Below the pieces are notes generated by a model, which worked only from the letters and a program-made list of their open reading frames with translations, ran no database searches and had not been told where the DNA came from. A stretch of 64,000 nucleotides of DNA, from NCBI GenBank assembly GCA_963702845.1, contig OY969763.1, forward strand, positions 5,632,001 to 5,696,000. Reading direction: 5' to 3'. This document shows, piece after piece, positions 1 through 8,591 of the stretch (the first letter of the stretch is position 1; every line of letters begins with the position of its first letter). This DNA comes from an uncultured Verrucomicrobiae bacterium (GTDB lineage: Bacteria; Verrucomicrobiota; Verrucomicrobiia; Limisphaerales; Palsa-1400). The translations under genes and the position numbers were made by a program.

Positions 1-142
1 CCCCGTGCGACGTCGTAAAGGAGGTATGCGCATGTGTGCTCCCCACGTAAATCTGGTAAGCGGTAATGGGCAAATTCGTCTGTCCGGCGGATAACTGGAC
101 GCCCACAACACACGCCAGAAAAACAAAAACAATTCTAATCAC
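1..142 (-). CDS. 5' part of a secreted PHP-domain (CehA/McbA-like) metallohydrolase; runs off the left edge
   Basis: Manual translation from GTG at 142: MIRIVFVFLACVVGVQLSAGQTNLPITAYQIYVGSTHAHTSFTTSHG. This gives a signal peptide followed by a PHP-like G-x-x-H-x-H-T motif. Not in the ORF track. Confidence 0.5.
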   Translation of the reverse strand, partial: MIRIVFVFLACVVGVQLSAGQTNLPITAYQIYVGSTHAHTSFTTSHG

Positions 143-235
143 GACTATTGAGACGAAAGCATAGACTGCTTGGTTGCGAAACTATGTGGTCGGATCGAAA
201 AACTCGGAGAAGCCGAGTCGAAAGCGAGTGAAAAG

Positions 236-311
<76 letters not shown>

Positions 312-546
312 CCGGTCGTTGAAGTCTACGAGTCAAAATTCAAACTGCAAGGAGCAAAGTAAGTTGCGCGATTCGTCGCGAGTTCGGAAAAACGAATTAC
401 CGACCTCATTGACGGAAAAAACGAAAACACCCGTTCACCGCTCGCGCGGCTCCGTCGAGCCCGGTTATTGCTTCCCATTGAACTTGCGGTTGACAATTTA
501 TACTGTTTACAACCAGTGACTTGCGTCAAAAACGGCCTTTTCCCTG

Positions 547-576
547 TTGACGGTGCGTTCAACCGGCCCGTAAGCT
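547..576 (+). promoter_or_regulatory. possible sigma70 promoter for the 631-2043 unit
   Basis: TTGACG (547-552), 18-nt spacer, TAAGCT (571-576), about 55 nt upstream of ATG 631. Confidence 0.3.
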
Positions 577-630
577 ATATTCTTATAGCGGCGTGGCTTG
601 CCCAATTGCAGTTGCTGCCGCGATAATTTT

Positions 631-846
631 ATGTCTGAAGGATACTGTGTTAAATGCAAGGCGAAGAAAGAGATCTCTGACGGCAAAGAAGAGATCATGA
701 AGAACGGTCGCAGGGCCATCAAAGGCAAATGCCCCACTTGTGGCACCGTTATGTTTAAAATTTTGGGTGGCAAAGCCACTCCGGCACCGGCTGCGGCTCC
801 GGCACCGGCAGTCGTAGATAACAAAACTGGAAACGTGCCGAGCTGA
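631..846 (+). CDS. small basic zinc-ribbon protein, DUF5679-like
   Basis: MSEGYCVKCKAKKE...MKNGRRAIKGKCPTCGTVMFKI: two CxxC pairs and an Ala/Pro tail. ATG 631 is preferred over the TTG start at 598. Confidence 0.8.
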   Translation: MSEGYCVKCKAKKEISDGKEEIMKNGRRAIKGKCPTCGTVMFKILGGKATPAPAAAPAPAVVDNKTGNVPS

Positions 847-869
847 ACGAACGAATTTTACCGATCGAT

Positions 870-1382
870 ATGTCCCAACAACTGGCTTACGTCATCATTA
901 CACCTTACACGCTGCACAAGTCCCGCACTGGCGGGATCCTGGCACGTTTGATCACCCGCACCGGTCTCGAACTCGTCGGCGCGCGCATGTTTTCGCCCAG
1001 CGCGGAGCTAGTGAAGCAATATTCCGAAGTCATCATTTCCGCCAACGACCCGCAGGATCGCAAAATCCAGGAACTGATTCGCGATTACATCCTGCAAAAT
1101 CTTTCGCCCGATCCGAAGACCGGCAAGCGTCGCCGCGTCATGATGCTTTTGTTCCGGGGCGAAGAAGCCGTCCGCAAAGTCCGCAGCGTCATCGGCAACA
1201 TCAGCGCCGAGCGTCGTGGTGGCGAAACAATTCGCGATACCTACGGCGACCTTATCATCGACGAGCAGGGCAGCGTGAAATACTTCGAGCCCGCCGTCCT
1301 TGCCGCTCCGAACGTCGAAGAAGCCGAAGTGAAGCTTAAGCTTTGGGCCAAGTTTTCCGATGCCGACGGCGGCCTCGACTGA
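870..1382 (+). CDS. ndk: nucleoside diphosphate kinase, N-terminal degenerate NDK-like domain (frameshifted from 1360-2043)
   Basis: NDK-like fold motifs (LAYVIITPY...GILARL...GLELVGARM...AVRKVRSVIG...TIRDTYG) without the catalytic His. Ends at TGA 1380-1382, where the +1 frame continues. Confidence 0.75.
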   Translation: MSQQLAYVIITPYTLHKSRTGGILARLITRTGLELVGARMFSPSAELVKQYSEVIISANDPQDRKIQELIRDYILQNLSPDPKTGKRRRVMMLLFRGEEAVRKVRSVIGNISAERRGGETIRDTYGDLIIDEQGSVKYFEPAVLAAPNVEEAEVKLKLWAKFSDADGGLD

Positions 1383-2043
1383 TAAGACCTTGACCTATCT
1401 CCCTGAGGAGAAACCGCAGCGCACCCTGGTGCTCATCAAGCCGGACAACTTCCGTTTCGCCACCGGCCGTCCGGGTAACGTCATCGATTTCTTGTCCCGC
1501 ACCGGCCTCTACATCATCGGCATCAAAGTGCTGCGCATGAGCGTCGCCGACGCCGTGGATTTCTACGGCCCCGTCCGCGAAGTCCTGCGCACCAAGTTGA
1601 AAGACATGGTCGCCTCCAAATCGAAGGTTGCGTTGGAAAAAGAATTTGGTTTCAAAATCAGCGCGAACGAGGAAAAGCAACTCGGCGACATCCTCGGGCC
1701 TGTTTTCGGCGACAACCAATTCGAGAACATCGTCAAATTCATGTCCGGCCGCGCCCCGAGCGAAACCGACGAAGCCGGTCAGAAAAAGCCCGGCACCGAA
1801 AAGTGCATCGCGTTGATCTACGAAGGCGTCGAAGCCGTCCGCAAAATCCGCGACGTCCTCGGGCCGACCGATCCGTCGAAAGCGCCTCCGGGTTCCATCC
1901 GTAAAGAATTCGGTTCGAACATCATGGTCAATGCCGCTCACGCGAGCGATTCGGAAGAAAGCTCCGCGCGCGAAATGAAGATCGTGAAAGTGGACGAGAA
2001 CAACTTTCGTCCGGTCGTCGAAGAATTCTTCGGCAAGCTCTAG
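1360..2043 (+). CDS. ndk: nucleoside diphosphate kinase, C-terminal catalytic domain
   Basis: QRTLVLIKPD...LGPTDPSKAPPGSIRKEFGSNIMVNAAHASDS: the canonical NDK signature with the phospho-His. Confidence 0.9.
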   Translation: MPTAASTDKTLTYLPEEKPQRTLVLIKPDNFRFATGRPGNVIDFLSRTGLYIIGIKVLRMSVADAVDFYGPVREVLRTKLKDMVASKSKVALEKEFGFKISANEEKQLGDILGPVFGDNQFENIVKFMSGRAPSETDEAGQKKPGTEKCIALIYEGVEAVRKIRDVLGPTDPSKAPPGSIRKEFGSNIMVNAAHASDSEESSAREMKIVKVDENNFRPVVEEFFGKL

Positions 2044-2060
2044 TTGTTGAATCAAATCTC

Positions 2061-2099
2061 AGCGCGCGTCTTTCTTTGAGGGACGCGCGCTTTTGTTTT
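2061..2099 (+). terminator. Rho-independent terminator after ndk
   Basis: AGCGCGCGTC...GACGCGCGCT stem followed by a T-rich tail. Confidence 0.7.
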
Positions 2100-2203
2100 G
2101 TTCCAATAGCTCTTGAGCCATTGGAAAAGAGTAATGCAGGAACCTCGCGAGCAAGTTCGCTTACTTTAGCCTTCAGCCTTCAGCGTTTTGCCTTTTGGAA
2201 AGG

Positions 2204-2279
2204 TGGGGTGGCCGACGGGACTCGAACCCGCAACAACCAGAACCACAATCTGGGGATCTACCATTGATCTACGACCACC
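2204..2279 (-). tRNA. tRNA-His (GTG)
   Basis: Reverse complement GGTGGTCGTAGATCAATGGTAGATCCCCAGATTGTGGTTCTGGTTGTTGCGGGTTCGAGTCCCGTCGGCCACCCCA: GTG anticodon, G-1:C73 pair, encoded CCA. Confidence 0.96.
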
Positions 2280-2329
2280 AACCAAGGCCGAACAAGGTAT
2301 GTTTCCCGCACCCCATCGTCAAGCCCGTC

Positions 2330-3067
2330 CTACCAATCAAAAACGGTAATCGCGTCGAGATCTTTCAGTTTATCGCCAACTTTGATCTTCGGCGTCGTCC
2401 GCCCGTCATAATCCAAGACGCGGTGTCGCCCACCTTTCTCGACCGTGAAAAACAACGGATCGACGATGGCCGATAGAAAAAAGCTCGACGGCTCCATCTT
2501 GATGAGGATCACGGGCAGGCCCCTCGCCGTCGTTTCGCCCACCTTCATAAACTGAATTCCGACGGTTTCCGCACGCGACAAAGCGATGTAGCGGCACTTT
2601 ACAGCTTTCCCGCTCATCAGTTCATTCCAATGCGCGACCAGGCATGGATTGACCATGTCATTACTAACTGTGTCCGCTGTAAACGTCTCACTGCCCGTTT
2701 TGTGTTTGGTGCCGGAAACATAGTCGAAAACAATCTTCGTCTCGTCGCCCTCGCGCACTACTTTCGCTGAACCCCTGCCGTCGGCCTGCAAATCGTCCAC
2801 CTCGCACGAAACCAATTGGTCGCCTTGATAAGTCACACGTTCCCGTGCGGCAACCTTGCCCTGTGGCGTGGTGAATTCGCGCGCGACCTTTACCAAATTG
2901 CCGGCCTCGCTGAAAGTTCGCGTGAGCTTATAAAGCACAACTTTGCGATTCGAGTTGCGCGCGTAAATTGTCGCCGTCCGAAACTCCGGTTGCTCGTATT
3001 TTGACGTCTTTTCGTCGGCAACCACGGTCCATGCAACTATCAACAGCAATACCATCACAAATCTCAT
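2330..3067 (-). CDS. secreted hypothetical protein (beta-rich)
   Basis: Signal peptide [17 protein letters not shown] followed by a 245-aa ORF with alternating beta-strand patterns. ATG 3067 chosen as start. Confidence 0.75.
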   Translation of the reverse strand: MRFVMVLLLIVAWTVVADEKTSKYEQPEFRTATIYARNSNRKVVLYKLTRTFSEAGNLVKVAREFTTPQGKVAARERVTYQGDQLVSCEVDDLQADGRGSAKVVREGDETKIVFDYVSGTKHKTGSETFTADTVSNDMVNPCLVAHWNELMSGKAVKCRYIALSRAETVGIQFMKVGETTARGLPVILIKMEPSSFFLSAIVDPLFFTVEKGGRHRVLDYDGRTTPKIKVGDKLKDLDAITVFDW

Positions 3068-3171
3068 CGCTGTTTCAATCGGCCATTTTGGCAATCATTG
3101 CAATCGAAAATCGCCCCTGTTTGCTTGTAATGGAGAACCACCTGTCGCAAATTGGGAATACCGCTCCTGTT

Positions 3172-4059
3172 ATGACAGTGCCCAAACGTGTTTCGAGCCG
3201 AGCCCCGTCCGGCTTCACCCTCATCGAACTTCTGGTCGTAATCGCCATCATCGCGATCCTTGCCTCGATGCTGTTGCCCGCACTCGGCCGCGCCAAAGAC
3301 AAAGCCAAGCGCATTGCCTGCCTCAACGACACCAAGCAAATGGGCATCGGCAGCCAGCTTTACGCCGATGACGATTATCGCGGTGCATTGACCGGCGTCG
3401 GCAACTTCATCGACGACGATTTGAATTGGCTCTACCCGAGCTATGTTAAGAACCTCAAAACGTTCATTTGTCCCGGCACCCAGAACGTCATCGCCAACAA
3501 ACCAACTCCTTGTCAGGGCTTCGGCGACCCCAACAACGGCACCGGCCTCTCGCCGAATCCGGGTCCTGCGGTGCCGTTCTATTCGGCGAACCGCAGCGTT
3601 CCGGACCGCATGCACGAGTATCCTAACTACATCACGCAACTTTCGGACAACGCGTTAAAGGGGCGCGAAGACAAGACCGGCGGACACAGCTATGAAGTTG
3701 GTGGATTCTTGCACGCTCAATCGTTGACTGGGCCGGTTGGGACCCGCAAAACGCAACGCTCTGTCGTCGGCTACACCTATCAACTCAACTACACCGTTTA
3801 TCCTCAGTACAACGTCTTCAACACGCGCGCGGGCGCTTCGGATATTTGGTTGATGTACGATGCTGATGACGGCGATCCGGCCGACCCGACCCGATTGAAC
3901 GAAGACTTTCCTGACCAGGGCGATAATCACGGAATTCTCGGCGGCAACGTTATTTTCGCGGACGGTCACGCGCAATGGGTGACCCGCAAGCAGTATCTGC
4001 CATCGTTCATCCGGGGTTGCGACGAAAATCACGGCGCGATTATCGGCGGTCTGCCTTGA
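3172..4059 (+). CDS. prepilin-type N-terminal cleavage/methylation protein with H-X9-DG motif (PVC pseudopilin family)
   Basis: [29 protein letters not shown] at the N-terminus and [18 protein letters not shown] near the C-terminus. Confidence 0.92.
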   Translation: MTVPKRVSSRAPSGFTLIELLVVIAIIAILASMLLPALGRAKDKAKRIACLNDTKQMGIGSQLYADDDYRGALTGVGNFIDDDLNWLYPSYVKNLKTFICPGTQNVIANKPTPCQGFGDPNNGTGLSPNPGPAVPFYSANRSVPDRMHEYPNYITQLSDNALKGREDKTGGHSYEVGGFLHAQSLTGPVGTRKTQRSVVGYTYQLNYTVYPQYNVFNTRAGASDIWLMYDADDGDPADPTRLNEDFPDQGDNHGILGGNVIFADGHAQWVTRKQYLPSFIRGCDENHGAIIGGLP

Positions 4060-4060
4060 G

Positions 4061-4087
4061 GGTAGGGCGCCTGCTCCGCGCGCGCCG
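4061..4087 (+). repeat. GTAG-type REP-like element, family A
   Basis: GGTAGGGCGCCTGCTCCGCGCGCGCCG. Related copies in reverse orientation at 12141-12167 and 14753-14797. Confidence 0.65.
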
Positions 4088-4287
4088 GTTCGTTGAACGT
4101 TCGATATTGGACGTTGGAAGTTCGACGTCGTCTTCCTCTGCAGTGCTATCTGCAAAAGTTGCGCACTTTTTGCAAAGCTTTTCCAAATGGCTATCGGTTT
4201 CGCTTTTGGCTCTCGACTTTCGACCTTCGACCCTTCGACTTGCGTTGCGGCTTGGCCGCGCTGCGCCGCAGTGGTGAGTTCAGCTCC

Positions 4288-5583
4288 CTAGTAGTACTTG
4301 TTCCGGTAGTAGGTGATCTTCAACTGCTCATCTGGCGGATACATCGCCGAGAACGCGTCGACCATATCGGGAATTCTCATCAACATCCACGGCGACAGAT
4401 AATGCCCGCCGTTCTTGGTGTAAACGATGTTGTCCGCGACATAGACCGACGAGTGGATGATCTCGCCGTTCGGCTTGGAGAGAAACACCAGGTCGCCGTA
4501 GCGAGCATCGGTGAAAACCGGGTAATAATCGGTTTCCAACGTCTTGCGCACCACCGCCGCATTTGTAAACGCGTTGTCTGGAGGGTCCTTGAAAAAGTTA
4601 AACGACGTCCAATGACAGTTGTCGTGCTCGAGCGGTTCCATCGACGGAAACGCGAACGTGTAAAGCCGTGATGACGGCGCGGGCGGCAACAAGTTGATTA
4701 AAGAAATGCGCGCTCCGCCGGGAACTTTCGTCAGCGATTCGAACAATGGCCGTAAATCTTTCTCCAGGCCGGCGTGTCCCCAATATTTTAACAACTCGTC
4801 CACATTCGAGTTCGCGTCGATGGACAATTTCAAGAGCAACGTCGACCGGCGCGAGACCGCTTTTGCTAAACGCCGCTTGTCATCGTAGGTCTGCAGCTTG
4901 CGCAACACCAAAGGCAGGTCCGCAAAAAACTGCAGCTTGCCGTGCGGGTAACAAAGTTGTTTCACCAACGCGATCGTCTCGTCCGACACCCCGCTCTTGT
5001 CGAAGAACGTCTTCATGTCATCCGACGGGAAGAAGAACACGTCTTGTTGCGACGAATTTTCCTGCCATTGCCCAAGCATTTTGTAGATGGCCTCGCGCGC
5101 CGGCGGACGCAGCGAAATGATCGTATCCATCGGTGCGGTTACGAACACGCCGTTCTGCACGGTGTCCCACTTTGCATTCGCAAGCTGGCTGTGCTCAGAC
5201 GCCGTGATGCCGGCGCGGTCCAGAAGCGCGAGGGCCGTGTCGCGATTCATGCCGCCGAAGAACCAGCGCGAGTCAGTCGATTCAAACGCCTGGATCGACA
5301 GAAACTCTTCCGGCGTTTCGATCTTGATCGGAATGTATTCCAGTTTTCCCCATGGACCTGGGTTACAAGGCGTGGCTCCTTCCGAGGAGGCTCTGGCGCT
5401 CCCTGAGTCGGTGAGGTGGCGCCAATCGTACTTCGCCAGAAAAAATCCGGCGGCGATGAAGTAAGGGATGATCAGCACCAACAGCAGCACCAACAAACCT
5501 TTACGAGGAATCTCGATGTGGATGCGGCATCCGCCGGAACCAGCGTCTGCTTTCTTACGTTCGTTGGACTGACTTTTAACCAT
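4288..5583 (-). CDS. membrane-anchored hypothetical protein with a C-terminal NlpC/P60-like (papain-fold) domain
   Basis: Single N-terminal TM helix. C-terminal NCHW...YGDLVFL...IHSSVYV pattern. Confidence 0.7.
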   Translation of the reverse strand: MVKSQSNERKKADAGSGGCRIHIEIPRKGLLVLLLVLIIPYFIAAGFFLAKYDWRHLTDSGSARASSEGATPCNPGPWGKLEYIPIKIETPEEFLSIQAFESTDSRWFFGGMNRDTALALLDRAGITASEHSQLANAKWDTVQNGVFVTAPMDTIISLRPPAREAIYKMLGQWQENSSQQDVFFFPSDDMKTFFDKSGVSDETIALVKQLCYPHGKLQFFADLPLVLRKLQTYDDKRRLAKAVSRRSTLLLKLSIDANSNVDELLKYWGHAGLEKDLRPLFESLTKVPGGARISLINLLPPAPSSRLYTFAFPSMEPLEHDNCHWTSFNFFKDPPDNAFTNAAVVRKTLETDYYPVFTDARYGDLVFLSKPNGEIIHSSVYVADNIVYTKNGGHYLSPWMLMRIPDMVDAFSAMYPPDEQLKITYYRNKYY

Positions 5584-5721
5584 CTTCTCTTGGCGACGAA
5601 AAAAGCAGGGTAGCTACCACCTCACGCCGCCACAAGGGAAAACCCTACCAGCTTTGTAGCCGCCGACGTAAGTCGGCGGATTCGCAACGCGCCCTCGACC
5701 TTCGACTATCGACCCTCGACC

Positions 5722-6240
5722 TTATTTCGCCCCTTGATCAATCCACGCGCGCAACACACCGACTTGTTCCGCCGTCAACGGCTTTGGCGGAGTGAAATTG
5801 TGTCCACCAGGGCCACCTTGGCCATTCGGACGAGCTTGGCCATTTTGACCAGCACCACCACCGGGACCACCAGGCCCGCGATTCTTGCGTTTCGGCGGCA
5901 TCGCGACGTCCTCGTTCACTTGCGCGGCGGCGGCGACCATCAAGCTTTTCTTACTGTCACCGGGCACGACGATCTTGCCGTCGTCACCACCTTTGAGAAT
6001 GGCTTCTTTACTGTCGAGGCGCAGATGCGCTTTCGGCCGTTCGGAGCCGTGACAGCGGACGCAGGAGGCCTTCAACAGCGGCGCGACATCCTTTTCGTAG
6101 GCCAGGCCTGTTTTGTCGGACGCAGGCGGCAACTTGCTCACGTCAATTTTCGAAATGTCCCAGGCCTCATCATGCTCAGCGGCGAAATTCGATGTGGCGG
6201 CCGCAATCAACAGACCGATCGTCAAAAATGTCTTCTTCAT
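5722..6240 (-). CDS. planctomycete-type cytochrome c domain protein
   Basis: Signal peptide, CVRCHG heme motif, LRLDS...VVPG..SL..AMPP, and a C-terminal LRAWIDQGAK. Confidence 0.88.
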   Translation of the reverse strand: MKKTFLTIGLLIAAATSNFAAEHDEAWDISKIDVSKLPPASDKTGLAYEKDVAPLLKASCVRCHGSERPKAHLRLDSKEAILKGGDDGKIVVPGDSKKSLMVAAAAQVNEDVAMPPKRKNRGPGGPGGGAGQNGQARPNGQGGPGGHNFTPPKPLTAEQVGVLRAWIDQGAK

Positions 6241-6432
6241 AAACTTAGTAAGCTGCGTATTGAGAGTTATTTAAGCACAACATGCGTTGTAAATCAAACA
6301 GCAACCGGTAACGCCGACTGGCAGTCGGCTGTATCGCTCGCCGTCCTCTTCCCACTGTGCCTCTTGCGAACCGGACGTTCCGGTGCCTCTGTGGTGAATC
6401 CTCCCACCTTGGTGTTCTTGGTGCCTTGGTGG

Positions 6433-7284
6433 TTAATTTCCCACAAACTCCAACTCCATCCGCTTCGGAATCAGCCCCGCCTCAAACGCCTGCCCGAGAA
6501 ACCTTCGGATCGCCTCGCGCCCCTTATCGCCATAATCCAGCGTCCAATGATTCACATACATCCCGACAAACTGATCCGCGAGCTCCTTGCCCATGTCGCG
6601 CGCATACTGCAACGCGTGCTGCACCGCTTCCGCGCGATGATCCAGGCTGTATTGAATACTGTTGGTGAGAATGTTCGAAATCGCGCGACGCTCCGCCACC
6701 GGAAACCGTTTATGAATCACATTACCGCCGAGCGGCAACGGCAACCCATCGTTGTTGCTCTTGAACCACGCGCCAAGATCCTCGCAAAGCTCCAGCCCTT
6801 CGTTTTTAAAAGTGAGCTGGCCTTCGTGAATGATGAGGCCGACTTCGGCTTGGCCGGCGCGAACCGCCGCAAAAATCTGGTCAAACGGAACGACGACGTA
6901 ATTGATATCCTTAGCCGGTTTGCCGAGCCAAAGTTGCAACGCCAGAAACGCACTCGTCATCGTGCCGGGCACCGCGATTTTTTTCGTAGCGATCTCCGCT
7001 TTCGAAAACTTCTGTTTCGCCACCAACATCGGGCCGTAACCATCGCCCATGCTCGCCCCGCTCGGCAGCAGCGCGTATTTATCGCTCACATACGCGTAGG
7101 CATGGATGCTGATCGCCGTCACATCCAGCTCCCCGCGCGTGGCCCGTTCATTGAGCGTCTGGATATCCTGAAGAATGTGTTCGAATTTATATCCACCGGC
7201 GGCAATGCGATCCTTGGCCAACCCAAAAAACATAAAAGCATCATCCGGATCCGGCGAATGCCCTAGAGTTATCACTTGCGACAT
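6433..7284 (-). CDS. mqnD: 1,4-dihydroxy-6-naphthoate synthase (MqnA/MqnD family, futalosine menaquinone pathway)
   Basis: ITLGHSPDPDDAFMF, DIQTLN, GASMGDGYGP, LIIHEGQL, LPLPLGGN, FVGMYVN. ATG 7284 chosen as start. Confidence 0.88.
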   Translation of the reverse strand: MSQVITLGHSPDPDDAFMFFGLAKDRIAAGGYKFEHILQDIQTLNERATRGELDVTAISIHAYAYVSDKYALLPSGASMGDGYGPMLVAKQKFSKAEIATKKIAVPGTMTSAFLALQLWLGKPAKDINYVVVPFDQIFAAVRAGQAEVGLIIHEGQLTFKNEGLELCEDLGAWFKSNNDGLPLPLGGNVIHKRFPVAERRAISNILTNSIQYSLDHRAEAVQHALQYARDMGKELADQFVGMYVNHWTLDYGDKGREAIRRFLGQAFEAGLIPKRMELEFVGN

Positions 7285-7297
7285 AAAGGCAAAATTA

Positions 7298-7325
7298 GGT
7301 AGGGACGACCGGCTCGGTCGTCCGC
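7298..7325 (+). repeat. GTAG-type REP-like element, family B
   Basis: GGTAGGGACGACCGGCTCGGTCGTCCGC. Reverse-oriented relative at 12107-12134. Confidence 0.65.
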
Positions 7326-7652
7326 TGCCGCCAGTCTGAGGCCGGCGAGTGGAAGTTTCAAGTTTCCTCCCGAACGCTTCGCATCGGATTAAGCGTCGAT
7401 ACGGCGAAGCTTTTGGAGTGCGCCAGTCCCCTGGCGCTTTTTTGAACGGACTAACATTCGGTCCGGCATCGAAGTCGTCCAATAGCGAATGCCACGACGC
7501 GACCTTTGTCCATTCGGGACTTATTCAATCCCGATTCCTTACCCGGCGTTTCAACGCCGGGCTGCATCTGTTGTGCCTTCGGCACAGAACGTTTCCCTCG
7601 CCAAGTAACGTATTGAAACCAACCACGCCCCGCCACATCCTGCGCGACGGGC

Positions 7653-8312
7653 ATGGAATCCAATCCGCAAAACGACACACATTCGAAACGGCGCAAGAAA
7701 CTCATCCTCGTTCTCTCCCTGTTCATCGTCGCGTTGATGGCGGTGGCGGTGGCCATGATTTTCGACGCGGACGACTCGTCTTCACCCATCCAATTCACGG
7801 TGGCACCCTTGCGCTCACCAGATGTTCTCAAGCCGACTTTTAACATCACCAACCTTTGCGACAGAGGCGTGCTATTAAACCTGCGTTTGGAATGTCAGAC
7901 CAATGGCCAATGGGTCGCCTGGCCGTTTCAAGCGCCCGATGCGGGCACCATATGGTCGAGCATCCAGCTCTCAAAGTGGAAAGTGATGCTCAAAAAGCAC
8001 GATGTCACTTCGACCCTTCCTTTCGAGGCTCCAGAAAACTCCATATCGAACCCGCTGCGTATGCACCCACTGCGTGTGCGTGGTTTTGTGGCCAGAGAAA
8101 CGGTCGGCCTGCCCAAACTCGGCGAACGTGTGCAAACCTATTTTCAATACCACAATTCAACGAATTCGTCGTTGAGGCAAATGGCGTGGAGCCCGTATTT
8201 CCGCTCGTATCCCGCGCCCGCGGAATTCGTCACCTCGCCCTTCTATATGACCAACGCTCCAACGACCTTGACCATCACCATGGGCGAAAAATTGTACGTC
8301 AATAAACCCTAG
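7653..8312 (+). CDS. hypothetical protein with N-terminal membrane anchor
   Basis: 219-aa ORF, basic stretch KRRKK followed by a hydrophobic helix. Confidence 0.7.
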   Translation: MESNPQNDTHSKRRKKLILVLSLFIVALMAVAVAMIFDADDSSSPIQFTVAPLRSPDVLKPTFNITNLCDRGVLLNLRLECQTNGQWVAWPFQAPDAGTIWSSIQLSKWKVMLKKHDVTSTLPFEAPENSISNPLRMHPLRVRGFVARETVGLPKLGERVQTYFQYHNSTNSSLRQMAWSPYFRSYPAPAEFVTSPFYMTNAPTTLTITMGEKLYVNKP

Positions 8313-8407
8313 CAATGAAGTAGCACCAAGCGCCTGCGCTCGCCCCTTCCAAAACCGTCCGTCAATTATAATAGACCCTCACAAACGCTGCCCATACGAT
8401 AAGCTTC

Positions 8408-8500
8408 GTGTCAGGATTCTTCCTCATTTGCTTCACCTTATGCTGGTCTGCCGGAGCGCTGTTCTTTGATGGTCTTATCGTTCGCTCCAACTACAAGCTT
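8408..8500 (+). pseudogene. truncated paralogue (N-terminus only) of the downstream DUF3592 gene
   Basis: ..WSAGALFFDGLIVRSNYK aligns with ..LSAIVLFFDGHVAYSAYK of the 8592 gene, and the upstream DNA is also duplicated. Confidence 0.6.
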
Positions 8501-8591
8501 CGGGACGTGAACCACCCCTGCGCTCGATCTCTTCCAAAATCCTCCGCCATTTATAATAGACCCGACCAAGGGCGGCTCCTACGATGGGATC

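Noticed and set aside
5..120. GTGCGACG as a possible group II intron 5' end
   Set aside because: No intron domains or reverse transcriptase follow. The region is better explained by a - strand CDS starting at 142.
1336..2055. 239-aa - strand ORF
   Set aside because: Antisense shadow of the clear NDK coding frame.
5734..7266. 510-aa + strand ORF
   Set aside because: Antisense shadow of mqnD and the cytochrome c gene. It is Arg-rich with no motifs, as expected in GC-rich DNA.
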